This document shows, in pieces, positions 26,312-34,563 of a stretch of DNA of 62,935 nt. The notes beneath the pieces were generated by a model, which was given only the letters and a program-made list of their open reading frames with translations, made no database searches and had not been told where the DNA came from. The position numbers and the translations under genes are program-made. Source of the stretch: Rubrobacteraceae bacterium (GTDB lineage Bacteria > Actinomycetota > Rubrobacteria > Rubrobacterales > Rubrobacteraceae); NCBI GenBank assembly GCA_049650095.1, contig JBARZM010000115.1:1-62935 (forward strand), read 5' to 3'. Position 1 is the stretch's first letter. Every line of letters starts with the position of its first letter.

Positions 26312-27074
26312 GTTCCAACACCTCTTCAGCAACCGCCGCATAGGCTGCGGCCCCGCTACTTTTCGGCGCGTACAACGCAACCGGCATCCCGTAGCTAGGC
26401 GCCTCGCTCAGCCGAACGTTGCGTGGTATCAGGGTGTGGAACACTTGCTCACCGAAGAAGGACTTGACCTCCTGGGCGACCTGGTGCGCGAGGTTTGTCC
26501 GGGGATCGAACATTGTCAGCAGAACCCCGCCTACCCGAAGATCCGGGTTCAACTCTTCCCGAACCATTCTTATGCTCCGCATTAGCTGGGTCAAGCCTTC
26601 CAGCGCATAGTACTCGCACTGTATCGGTATGAGCACCTCGTCGGCCGCCGTTAGAGCGTTGAGCGTCAAAAGATCCAAGGATGGCGGGCAATCCAAGAGG
26701 ATCCGATCGTAAAGGCCTCGAGGCATTTTCTGCAAGGTCTTCTTCAGCTTGTATTCCCTGGCTAGAGAGGACACAAGCTCCACTTCGGCCCCGACGAGGT
26801 TTATCGTGGCCGGCGCCACGTGAAGGCCTTCGATGCCGGTTTTTACCGCCACCTCTTCTAGCGGTTTGCCTTCTAGCAGGACATCGTACATGCACCCGGA
26901 GGACGAGTCTTCCACGCCTAGTCCGCTGGTCGCATTGGCCTGGGGGTCCATATCTACTACAAGGACTTTTTCGTTTTTTTCCGCCAGAAATGCCGCCAGG
27001 TTGATCGCAGTGGTGCTTTTGCCTACACCACCCTTTTGGTTCACTATGGCTACTACAGTCCTCACCGCCGGCAT
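26304..27074 (-). CDS. parA: Chromosome partitioning ATPase ParA (Soj)
   Basis: Deviant Walker A VNQKGGVGKSTT. 256 aa. Upstream of parB. Confidence 0.92.
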   Translation of the reverse strand: MPAVRTVVAIVNQKGGVGKSTTAINLAAFLAEKNEKVLVVDMDPQANATSGLGVEDSSSGCMYDVLLEGKPLEEVAVKTGIEGLHVAPATINLVGAEVELVSSLAREYKLKKTLQKMPRGLYDRILLDCPPSLDLLTLNALTAADEVLIPIQCEYYALEGLTQLMRSIRMVREELNPDLRVGGVLLTMFDPRTNLAHQVAQEVKSFFGEQVFHTLIPRNVRLSEAPSYGMPVALYAPKSSGAAAYAAVAEEVLERG

Positions 27075-27092
27075 ATTACCATGCCCGTGCCG

Positions 27093-27902
27093 TCACTTCT
27101 TCTCCACACCCAAGGGGGTTTTCCCCGGCACTCCGGTGATTCTAGGGTATTTCGCGGGCGTCTTCGAGAGCTTGCGCACTACCACTAACCTGCGCTTTTT
27201 AGGCGGCACGCCCGAAACGAAAGGTATCTCGACGACTTCTTGGATCTTTGCCCCCAGCTTTTTGGCGGCCCGGCTGCCCGCCGATAGTTCCGTGGGAGCC
27301 AGGTCCGCTTTCATGCAGATAACGCTTCCGCCAAGCTTTACGAGCGGGACACAGTATTCGAGTATGACGTCCAACTTCGAGACCGCCCTAACCGTCGCCG
27401 CGTCGTATACACCCCTGTGGGCCACATCCCGGCCGACGTTTTCTACGCGAGCATTCACGACCTCGATACCGTCGAGATCCAACCTCTCGACGACCTGGCG
27501 CAGAAATACCGCCTTCTTCCCCGTTGCTTCGACAAGGGCAACTTTCATCGGATCTCCCAGGATTTTGATCGGCACCCCCGGCAACCCACCTCCACTTCCA
27601 ACATCAACCAGACTCTCAGCCCGCCGCAGAGGACCATAAGCAAAGCAACTCAAAGAATCGAGAACGTGTTCCAGGAGTATCGCGTCAATATCTTTGACGC
27701 CTATAACATTGGCCTTCTCGTAGCCCGAAAGCTCCCGGGCATAAGCCAGGAGCATCTCCCCCTGGACGCCAGAAACCTCGACTCCCCACGCCTCTGATTG
27801 TCTGAAGAACAGATCCAAGGCCGCGCCAGAGGGATGTTTCACGTGAAACGCCCCGGCGGACAGAAACAAGAATGTGCGTCGACGACAAAAGTTTGCGCGC
27901 AC
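27093..27902 (-). CDS. rsmG: 16S rRNA m7G527 methyltransferase RsmG (GidB)
   Basis: SAM motif LVDVGSGGGLPGVP and the conserved position next to parA. Start uncertain: GTG 27902 or GTG 27842, the latter inside parS. Confidence 0.85.
   Translation of the reverse strand: MRANFCRRRTFLFLSAGAFHVKHPSGAALDLFFRQSEAWGVEVSGVQGEMLLAYARELSGYEKANVIGVKDIDAILLEHVLDSLSCFAYGPLRRAESLVDVGSGGGLPGVPIKILGDPMKVALVEATGKKAVFLRQVVERLDLDGIEVVNARVENVGRDVAHRGVYDAATVRAVSKLDVILEYCVPLVKLGGSVICMKADLAPTELSAGSRAAKKLGAKIQEVVEIPFVSGVPPKKRRLVVVRKLSKTPAKYPRITGVPGKTPLGVEKK
27835..27850. promoter_or_regulatory. parS site TGTTTCACGTGAAACG (15/16 to consensus)
   Basis: Direct match to the ParB-binding palindrome. Lies in the 5' part of the rsmG ORF, where it encodes FHVKH. 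Confidence 0.8.
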
Positions 27903-27926
27903 CTACTTTTGTCGTCCGGACGTGTT

Positions 27927-27942
27927 CGTTTCACGTGAAACG
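27927..27942. promoter_or_regulatory. parS site CGTTTCACGTGAAACG (14/16, perfect palindrome)
   Basis: Direct match, in the jag-rsmG intergenic gap. Confidence 0.8.
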
Positions 27943-27950
27943 CTACGGTT

Positions 27951-28739
27951 TCATTGGGCGGGAGAAATGTTCACCCGGCGATTGTCCCCCGTTCCGGCGC
28001 TGACAGTGGAAACACTTGGGTTCTCTCTGAGGTAAGTGTGGATAACCCGGCGTTCGGAAGAACCCATCGGGGGCAGTTCGATGGTCCGGCCTTCGCGGGT
28101 CGCCCGCCGGGCCATCCGGTGTGCCATACCCTGTACGGCTTCTATGCGACGCTGCCGGTAACCTTCGGAATCTACGACGATTCTCTTGACGAAATCCTGG
28201 TCTCTGTAAGCAGAAACGTTAACGAGAAGTTGGAGAGCATCTATGGTCTCTCCCTTTTGCCCGATAAAAAGTCCCGTCTCCGCAGTAGATACGTCGACTG
28301 CGATATACTCGCCAACATCGTAAACTTCCACCCGGGCTTTGAAGCCCATGCCTTCTACGGCTTCGACGGTAAACTTCTCTATCTCCGCAAGCAAACCTTC
28401 AGGAGCTTCGGGCGTGATCTCCGTGCTTTCCGGTTCTTTTTCAATATTTTCTACCGGTTCCGGCTCGTGTTCGGAAGATAGTTCCGTCCGTTCTATAGCC
28501 TGTTCCTCGTCTTCCCCTTCTTCGGCGGCGTCGATTTCAGGTATTGCCGGCTCGTCTTCGGCGGGGGCACTGGGGGTCACGGACACCCGGGCGTCCCGGG
28601 CGCCGATCCCGAGGAACCCGGGACTGCCTTCATCGAGGATCTCGTAGGTTATCTGCTCTGGAGGAACGCCCAGCCTTGCGGATGCTTTGGCCAGAGCATC
28701 ATCTACCGTTGAAGCGTTGAACTCTTGCGCCTGGGTCAT
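27951..28739 (-). CDS. jag: Jag/KhpB-type RNA-binding protein (Jag_N, KH, R3H)
   Basis: 262 aa with N-terminal VDDALAKASARLGV, an acidic linker, and C-terminal KH/R3H (ELPPMGSSERRVIHTYL). Conserved position after yidC. Confidence 0.85.
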   Translation of the reverse strand: MTQAQEFNASTVDDALAKASARLGVPPEQITYEILDEGSPGFLGIGARDARVSVTPSAPAEDEPAIPEIDAAEEGEDEEQAIERTELSSEHEPEPVENIEKEPESTEITPEAPEGLLAEIEKFTVEAVEGMGFKARVEVYDVGEYIAVDVSTAETGLFIGQKGETIDALQLLVNVSAYRDQDFVKRIVVDSEGYRQRRIEAVQGMAHRMARRATREGRTIELPPMGSSERRVIHTYLRENPSVSTVSAGTGDNRRVNISPAQ

Positions 28740-29605
28740 TTTTTCTTCTTTCTACGTTTCCTTTTGGCCACTTTCGCGGCCTGGGCAGCGCTTCCGTTTT
28801 TGTTTCCGGTCTCGTTGCCAGCCCCTGATGCTCGCGGCTCCGGACTATTGGCATTGCGAGACTTAGTGGTGGACCCGCCGTTTTTAGAGTTATCCTTGTC
28901 AGGCTGATCCGTGGGAGTTTTCTTTCCCGGGCCGTAGTTGTAGATCGTGTAGTTCTGAACTAGAGTTATGATGTTAGAGGTGATCCAGTAGACAAAAAGG
29001 CCCGCCGGGAAACTCCAAAGAAACACCGTTATACCTACAGGCATCAGCCGCATCAACCAGCGTTGCTGGGGCTCCATCGCTTTATTCGTGACCTCCATTG
29101 AGGCAAGCATCGTAACCGCTGAGAGGACCGGGAGTATGTAAAGAGGGTCTTGCACCGAAAGGTTCTGAAACCACAGTATCCCACCCGTCTGGAAGCTAGG
29201 GTACAACGCTTCCGCGCCTGCCACGCCACCTCCAAACTTCCGGATCACGTAGAAAATACCGATAATTATGGGCATCTGGATCAACAGCGGCAGGCAGCCC
29301 CCGAGGGGATTGACTTTGTTCTCCTGGAAAAGCTTCATCTGCTCTTCCTGTTGTTTTTGGCGATTGTCCTTGAACTTGGCCCGAATCTTATCCATCTCCG
29401 GACGGAGCTCCTGCATGGCCCGCATGCTGCGTACTTGCCTCACGGTAAGGGGAAAAAGCAACGTGCGGATTATCAGCGTGAGCAGTACTATCGACAGCCA
29501 CCACGGAAGGCCCAGGTTCTGATGGAAGTACAACATAACAGAGCCCAGGATATTGACGATGGGGGAGAAAAGGCTCTGGAAGAAGTTTGCGATCGCGTTA
29601 ATCAT
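28736..29605 (-). CDS. yidC: Membrane protein insertase YidC
   Basis: 289 aa with LTLIIRTLLFPLTVRQ, NPLGGCLPLLIQMPI and a Lys-rich C-terminal tail. Confidence 0.92.
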   Translation of the reverse strand: MINAIANFFQSLFSPIVNILGSVMLYFHQNLGLPWWLSIVLLTLIIRTLLFPLTVRQVRSMRAMQELRPEMDKIRAKFKDNRQKQQEEQMKLFQENKVNPLGGCLPLLIQMPIIIGIFYVIRKFGGGVAGAEALYPSFQTGGILWFQNLSVQDPLYILPVLSAVTMLASMEVTNKAMEPQQRWLMRLMPVGITVFLWSFPAGLFVYWITSNIITLVQNYTIYNYGPGKKTPTDQPDKDNSKNGGSTTKSRNANSPEPRASGAGNETGNKNGSAAQAAKVAKRKRRKKKK

Positions 29606-29615
29606 TGAATCCTCA

Positions 29616-29825
29616 TCATTTTACCGGGTCAAAACCGCCTTTCGAGTAAGGGTTGCAGCGTAGTATACGCCAAGTCCCCAAAAGCGCGCCTTTGAAGACA
29701 CCATACTTCTGTATAGCTTCGATCGTGTACTGAGAGCAAGTAGGATGAAACCTACAAGAAGGCGGGAACAAAGGCGATACAAACCGCTTGTAAGCCTTTA
29801 TAATTCGGATCGTTAGCCTCTTCAA
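29616..29825 (-). CDS. yidD: Membrane protein insertion efficiency factor YidD
   Basis: 69 aa with the [10 protein letters not shown] motif. Confidence 0.9.
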   Translation of the reverse strand: MKRLTIRIIKAYKRFVSPLFPPSCRFHPTCSQYTIEAIQKYGVFKGALLGTWRILRCNPYSKGGFDPVK

Positions 29826-29853
29826 GAGCCCGCCAAAACCATATTGCGTTTCC

Positions 29854-30204
29854 TTACTTCGTGGCCCAGTCTCGCGCTTCGAACTTCTTCAATGCTCGTA
29901 GGAACTCCACCCGAAGCTCGTCGTAACTCGCTTCCGCCGAGGCGGGACGGGACGACACGACTATATCGATTTTCATATTGCCCGGCGCGGAGGCGCTGAA
30001 GATATCCTTGAGCCTGCGCCGAACCTTGTTGCGTACCACCGCGTTACCTACTTTTTTAGATACCGACAACCCCAACCTGGCCGTCTCCAATTCGTTCGGG
30101 AAGGCGTGAACAGAGAAGAGCTTGCCCCGATAAGCTGCGCCCTGTCGGTAAACTCTCTCAAACTCAGCAGAGTCCGTGAGTCGCGTGCGGCTACTGCCCG
30201 ACAA
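29854..30204 (-). CDS. rnpA: RNase P protein component
   Basis: 116 aa, basic, with the RNR-like motif [15 protein letters not shown] start 3 nt after the rpmH stop. Confidence 0.88.
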   Translation of the reverse strand: MSGSSRTRLTDSAEFERVYRQGAAYRGKLFSVHAFPNELETARLGLSVSKKVGNAVVRNKVRRRLKDIFSASAPGNMKIDIVVSSRPASAEASYDELRVEFLRALKKFEARDWATK

Positions 30205-30207
30205 GGT

Positions 30208-30342
30208 TTAGACAGCCAGCTTCTTCCTGCCGCGACTTCTCCGGGCGTTCAAGACTCGGCGGCCACCGACTGTGCTCATACGCTTCCGGAAACCGTGCGT
30301 CTTTGCACGCTTGCGTTTGTTCGGCTGGTAAGTGCGCTTCAT
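30208..30342 (-). CDS. rpmH: 50S ribosomal protein L34
   Basis: Not in the track because it is under 60 aa. Manual translation gives [44 protein letters not shown], 44 aa plus TAA. Confidence 0.95.
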   Translation of the reverse strand: MKRTYQPNKRKRAKTHGFRKRMSTVGGRRVLNARRSRGRKKLAV

Positions 30343-30605
30343 GATGCTCCTCTGTTACGTCTTTTATCTACCTGTTCAAAGCACCTTATTGTATCCGAGA
30401 GCATCCATGTCATCCAACGTCTCGACACGGGCAGCGGGACCGTACCCGGGAAACATTTCCGCCGCATCTCACAGAAAATACCTGCAAAGTAGCCACAATC
30501 TAAGCGATATTTCGTTCTAGAGCGGGTGGACGTCGCGCACTAAATAGGGTGCAAAATGCCTGGTCCGGCTTGCTAAGGCACGCCATACCGTCACTTTTCA
30601 ACAGT

Positions 30606-30638
30606 TTATCCACAGGCTGTGGATAGTTTTGTGGATAA
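30606..30638. promoter_or_regulatory. Cluster of three DnaA boxes (TTATCCACA 30606-30614; TGTGGATAG 30618-30626; TGTGGATAA 30630-30638)
   Basis: Direct matches to the consensus TTATCCACA, followed by AT-rich CTATATTAATGC. Lies upstream of the ORF that precedes dnaA. Confidence 0.75.
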
Positions 30639-30668
30639 CTATATTAATGCTCTGCAAATCGCCGCTTT

Positions 30669-31517
30669 TTGAGAGTCTGCTATAGCGTTAAGGCCCTTGT
30701 TACGCTAAATTCTGGGTCGGGGATGATCTACTCACAGCACATACAAGAGGGGTTCGAGGGGGCCGAGATCGGTGTTCGGATCGCCGTATATCCGAAGGAC
30801 GGGGGGCCGGAGGTGACCGAGGTTTCCGCCGCTGGGCCACGTACGGCGGCGGACAAATTCTCGAAGTTCGTGATGGACAAAGTAGGCGAGCTGGGGGGGA
30901 AAGTCCCCGGGTCTTCGGTGAGAGAAGTCGTCGAGAACCTCATACACGCGGAGTACAAAGGAGTAGTGATCTCCGTTCTAGAAAACGGCAACAGTGTGCG
31001 CGTCTCGGACAAAGGGCCGGGCATCGGCGACAAGGCGCGGGCCATGGAGTTTGGCTTCTCCGGCGCGGAACCCGGGACCTTGCGGAACATAAGGGGTGTC
31101 GGGGCCGGACTCGGCATTGCCCGCACGTCCGCGGAGAAGGTCGGGGGAACGGTCACCATAGAAGACAACATTGGTGGCGGAACCGTGGCAACCGTTGCCG
31201 TACCTGAAGCCGGCGCAGGGATACCGGTGGCGGCCGGGGCGCCGGAAGAGCCGTCCGCAAGACGGTATCCGGGCGGCGTGCCGCGCATGAACATCTCCGA
31301 GAGGCAGCAGAAAGTCCTCATAACGGTGCTTGAATGTGGGGAAGTCGGTCCCTCAACGGTGGCGGAGAGGTTGGAGATCAGCGTCAGCACGGCTTACAGG
31401 GACCTCTCGGTTCTAGAAGAACACGGCCTCGTCGCGACCGGTGAATCAGGTAAACGGTTGATCTCACCGCTCGGGCGGGATCTCGTAGAGGCCATCGTAA
31501 GCACGTGGGTAAAGTAG
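30669..31517 (+). CDS. GHKL (histidine-kinase-like) ATPase domain fused to a C-terminal winged-HTH; function unknown
   Basis: Likely start ATG 30723. N-box VVENLIHAE, G1 DKGPGIG, G2 GVGAGLGIA. No DHp or His phosphoacceptor and no TM segment. C-terminal ERQQKVLITVLECGEVGPSTVAERLEISVSTAYRDLSVLEEHGLV. Its stop is 3 nt before the dnaA GTG. Confidence 0.7.
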   Translation: MRVCYSVKALVTLNSGSGMIYSQHIQEGFEGAEIGVRIAVYPKDGGPEVTEVSAAGPRTAADKFSKFVMDKVGELGGKVPGSSVREVVENLIHAEYKGVVISVLENGNSVRVSDKGPGIGDKARAMEFGFSGAEPGTLRNIRGVGAGLGIARTSAEKVGGTVTIEDNIGGGTVATVAVPEAGAGIPVAAGAPEEPSARRYPGGVPRMNISERQQKVLITVLECGEVGPSTVAERLEISVSTAYRDLSVLEEHGLVATGESGKRLISPLGRDLVEAIVSTWVK

Positions 31518-31520
31518 CCC

Positions 31521-32870
31521 GTGGCGGGGAGGGCGGAAGAAGTCTGGTCTGAGGTGCTCGACCGGGTCTCCGAGCACATAAATACTCCTTCTTTCAAGGT
31601 CTGGTTCGAGGGCACGAGACCGGTCGATTTGTACGAGGAGCGGCTGGAGATTTCCGTTCCGAACTCCTTTGCCAAGGAGTACATAGAGAGCAAGTTCCGG
31701 TCTCTTCTGGAAGAGGCTCTAGGCTCCGTGATAGGCCGCCAGGACCCCAGACTGGTTGTCAGCATCGGCCGGGGACGGGGGGGAGAGGGCGGTAACGGCA
31801 GCGCTTCGGAGGCGGCCGAGTCGGTCTTGACGGCCAAGACTCCGCTTTCTTTCAAAGAAAAGTATTCGTTTGATTCTTTCGTTATCGGGGCGGGGAACAG
31901 GTTCGCCCACGCGGCCGCCCTGGCCGTGGCCGAGTCTCCCGGCGTCGTCTACAACCCGCTGTTCGTGTACGGGGGCGTAGGGCTAGGCAAGACCCACTTG
32001 CTGCGGGCCGTCGGGGCTTACGTCGGGGATCAAGACCCCACCATGGGGGTTCGTTACGTAACCTGCGAGCAGTTCACCAACGACTTCATAAACTCCATGC
32101 GGGACAACTCACCGCTCGGGTTTCAGAAACGCTACCGGGAGAACGATGTCCTTCTCGTAGACGACATACAGTTTCTTGAGAACAAAGTAGAGACCCAGGA
32201 AGCGTTCTTCCACACGTTCAACTCCCTGTACGAGGAGAACAAGCAGATCGTCATAGCCTCCGACCGGCACCCGAAATACATCCAGACCCTCGAAAATCGT
32301 CTGGTGAGCCGCTTTGAGTGGGGCCTGGTGACGGACATCCAACCTCCCGACCTCGAAACTCGCATAGCAATCCTGCGCAAAAAGGCTATCCTGGATAGCC
32401 TGGAGGTCGACGACGAAGTCTTGACGTTTATAGCTTCCAAAGTCTCGACCAACATCCGGGAGCTCGAAGGCGCCCTGGTGCGCATCCTGGCCTACTCTTC
32501 GCTCTACGGCCGCGCGCTGAGCGTGCCGCTGGCCGAGGAAGTGCTAAAAGACATCCTCCCCGACTCAGACTACCGGGAGATACCGGTCGAGCTCATCCAG
32601 CACGAAGTCTGCCGCTACTTCGGGGTCTCCAAGCAGGATTTGATCGGCGCCAGCCGTACCAAAGCCTTCGCATACCCGCGCCAGGTGGCGATGTACCTCT
32701 GCCGGGAGATGACCGACGAGTCCCTACCGAAGATAGGACGGGCTTTCGGGGGCCGGGACCACTCGACCGTCATGCACGCCAACAGCAAAATCTCCAAACT
32801 CATCAACAACGACCGCGACGCCTTCAACCAAATACACGAAATTACCTACCACGTAAAAAGCAAACGTTGA
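31521..32870 (+). CDS. dnaA: Chromosomal replication initiator DnaA
   Basis: 449 aa with Walker A GGVGLGKTHLL, the sensor and box VII regions, and C-terminal domain IV (DHSTVMHA). Confidence 0.95.
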   Translation: MAGRAEEVWSEVLDRVSEHINTPSFKVWFEGTRPVDLYEERLEISVPNSFAKEYIESKFRSLLEEALGSVIGRQDPRLVVSIGRGRGGEGGNGSASEAAESVLTAKTPLSFKEKYSFDSFVIGAGNRFAHAAALAVAESPGVVYNPLFVYGGVGLGKTHLLRAVGAYVGDQDPTMGVRYVTCEQFTNDFINSMRDNSPLGFQKRYRENDVLLVDDIQFLENKVETQEAFFHTFNSLYEENKQIVIASDRHPKYIQTLENRLVSRFEWGLVTDIQPPDLETRIAILRKKAILDSLEVDDEVLTFIASKVSTNIRELEGALVRILAYSSLYGRALSVPLAEEVLKDILPDSDYREIPVELIQHEVCRYFGVSKQDLIGASRTKAFAYPRQVAMYLCREMTDESLPKIGRAFGGRDHSTVMHANSKISKLINNDRDAFNQIHEITYHVKSKR

Positions 32871-32962
32871 CCCCAAAGCTCCAAATTTCGTGAATTACCC
32901 ACTTTACCCCTCCCCGGCAGGGTGGGTAGATTGTAACAAAAATAAGGCCTCCGAGACCGAAG

Positions 32963-33341
32963 TTATCCACAGCCTGTCCACAACCGCTCTTTTAGCTGTG
33001 GATAACCCACACTACTTTATCCACAGTTTTGCCGAGTTATCCACAATTTCTGTGGACAGGCACCCGAATCTGTGGACAAAAAAATTTGATCCGGTGCGTT
33101 TTGAAGGTCTATATAACTACTCAACGATACAGTCTGTGGATAAACCTGTGGATAAGAGGGGTAAAATCTGTGGATAAACCTGTGGATAGTTTTGTGGATA
33201 AACTTTACCTGTGGATAAACGGAGAGTTATCCACAATTTATCCACAGGTAATTCTTGGTTATCCACAATTTTGTCCACAGGGCGGTAGGGTAGTATTTGG
33301 CTTAAGTAAAAGCCGTTTGGTAGTTTATCCACATATCCACA
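32963..33341. other. oriC DnaA-box array (19 boxes, 13 perfect)
   Basis: TTATCCACA or its reverse complement starts at 32963, 32997, 33017, 33037, 33135, 33147, 33169, 33193, 33210, 33227, 33238, 33259 and 33325. One- or two-mismatch boxes start at 32974, 33051, 33071, 33181, 33271 and 33333. The array is in the dnaA-dnaN spacer. Confidence 0.9.
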
Positions 33342-33345
33342 GGCC

Positions 33346-33396
33346 TTATTATTATTATTATTCTAATAAATAGAATATTAGGTAGTACTAATAAGG
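33346..33396. other. AT-rich DNA unwinding element with (TTA)5 run
   Basis: TTATTATTATTATTATTCTAATAAATAGAATATTAGGTAGTACTAATAA lies directly after the last DnaA box and a GGCC spacer. It is by far the most AT-rich stretch of the window. Confidence 0.6.
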
Positions 33397-33412
33397 GAAG
33401 AAAGGAGTTGGT

Positions 33413-34558
33413 ATGAGGGCTGTTTGCAACATAGATATCTTTAGTAAAAAGCTCGCCCTGGTATCCCGGGGGGTGTCGGCCCGATCGGCCATTCAGTTGC
33501 TCGGTGGGATATTGCTCGAGGCGGACGGCGACTCTGTAAAGCTGTCGGCCACGGACATGGAGATCTCCGTCCAAACCTCTTCGCCGGCGGAGATCGAGGA
33601 AGAGGGACGGGTGGTCATTCCGGCCCGCATCTTTAATGACATCGTCCGGTCTTTGCCGAAGGGTCAGTTCACGTTGGAGCATGACACGTCGGCCGGAACG
33701 GTAAAACTCTCGGCGGGAGAGAACGAGTACACGATCCGGGCTTACGCCGCGGAGGACTTTCCGCAGCTGCCGCAGTTCGAGGAAGAGGCTTCCTTCACGA
33801 TGCTGGGGGACGTGCTGGTCGATACGGTCGAGAAGGTTTCGAAATCCTACTCGCGGGACGAGACGCGGCCGGTGTTGACGGGGATACTCATTAGCTTCGA
33901 GGAATCCCGGGTACGGATGGTGACGACGGACTCTTACCGGCTCTCCATCAAAGAGAGCGAGTTGGCGACGACGTTCGACGATTCTCGGGAGGCGATCGTG
34001 CCGGCCCGGGCGATGCAAGAGGTTGGCCGCATCTTCTCCGGGGCCGACGAAGATCAGATAGAGGTGGTGCTCTCCGAGAACCAGGCGCTGTTCAGGATCG
34101 GGGACGTGTTATTGGGCAGTCGTTTGATCGATGGCAACTTCCCGGAGTACAAGCGGCTCCTGCCGACGACGTTCGAGCGGGAGATCTCCGTGGACCGGGA
34201 GGAGTTGATGGGCACGCTTCGCCGGGTCAACCTGTTTGCCCAGCGTCAGACCCCGCCGGTTCCGGTCAGCCTCGCGTTCTCGAGCGGCGCGGTCGAAGTC
34301 ATCGTGCGTAACGGGGAGATCGGGGAGGCGCACGAGAAGCTGGCGGCCTCCAGCGAGGACGAGTTCCACATCTCGTTCAACCCGGGGTATTTGCTGGACG
34401 GCGTTTCGGCGGTCACCTCCGAGAACGTGGTCTTCAGGCTCAACGAGTCGCTCAAGCCCGGTTTGATCGTGCCCGCTTCGGAGGACGGGAACGGGGACGG
34501 CGGCGAGCCGGACTTCCTTTACCTGATCATGCCGATGCGAGACCCGTCCCAGAACTAG
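33413..34558 (+). CDS. dnaN: DNA polymerase III beta sliding clamp
   Basis: 381 aa with AAAGGAG 7 nt upstream. Three-domain clamp pattern and conserved position. Confidence 0.95.
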   Translation: MRAVCNIDIFSKKLALVSRGVSARSAIQLLGGILLEADGDSVKLSATDMEISVQTSSPAEIEEEGRVVIPARIFNDIVRSLPKGQFTLEHDTSAGTVKLSAGENEYTIRAYAAEDFPQLPQFEEEASFTMLGDVLVDTVEKVSKSYSRDETRPVLTGILISFEESRVRMVTTDSYRLSIKESELATTFDDSREAIVPARAMQEVGRIFSGADEDQIEVVLSENQALFRIGDVLLGSRLIDGNFPEYKRLLPTTFEREISVDREELMGTLRRVNLFAQRQTPPVPVSLAFSSGAVEVIVRNGEIGEAHEKLAASSEDEFHISFNPGYLLDGVSAVTSENVVFRLNESLKPGLIVPASEDGNGDGGEPDFLYLIMPMRDPSQN

Positions 34559-34563
34559 GACCG

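Noticed and set aside
32963-33341. Possible CRISPR-like repeat array, given many short repeats at semi-regular spacing.
   Set aside because: The repeats are only 9 nt, equal the DnaA-box consensus and occur in both orientations with 2-45 nt spacers. No cas genes are present.
32890-33373. ORFs 32890..33177(+), 33029..33373(+) and 33117..33332(-) in the dnaA-dnaN spacer.
   Set aside because: Their sequence is built from repeated DnaA boxes (recurrent VDK, LSTG and YPQ peptides). The region is the origin, not coding.
33302-34018. 238-aa minus-strand ORF opposite dnaN.
   Set aside because: It is an Arg-rich shadow ORF antisense to the sliding-clamp gene and runs into the AT-rich DUE.
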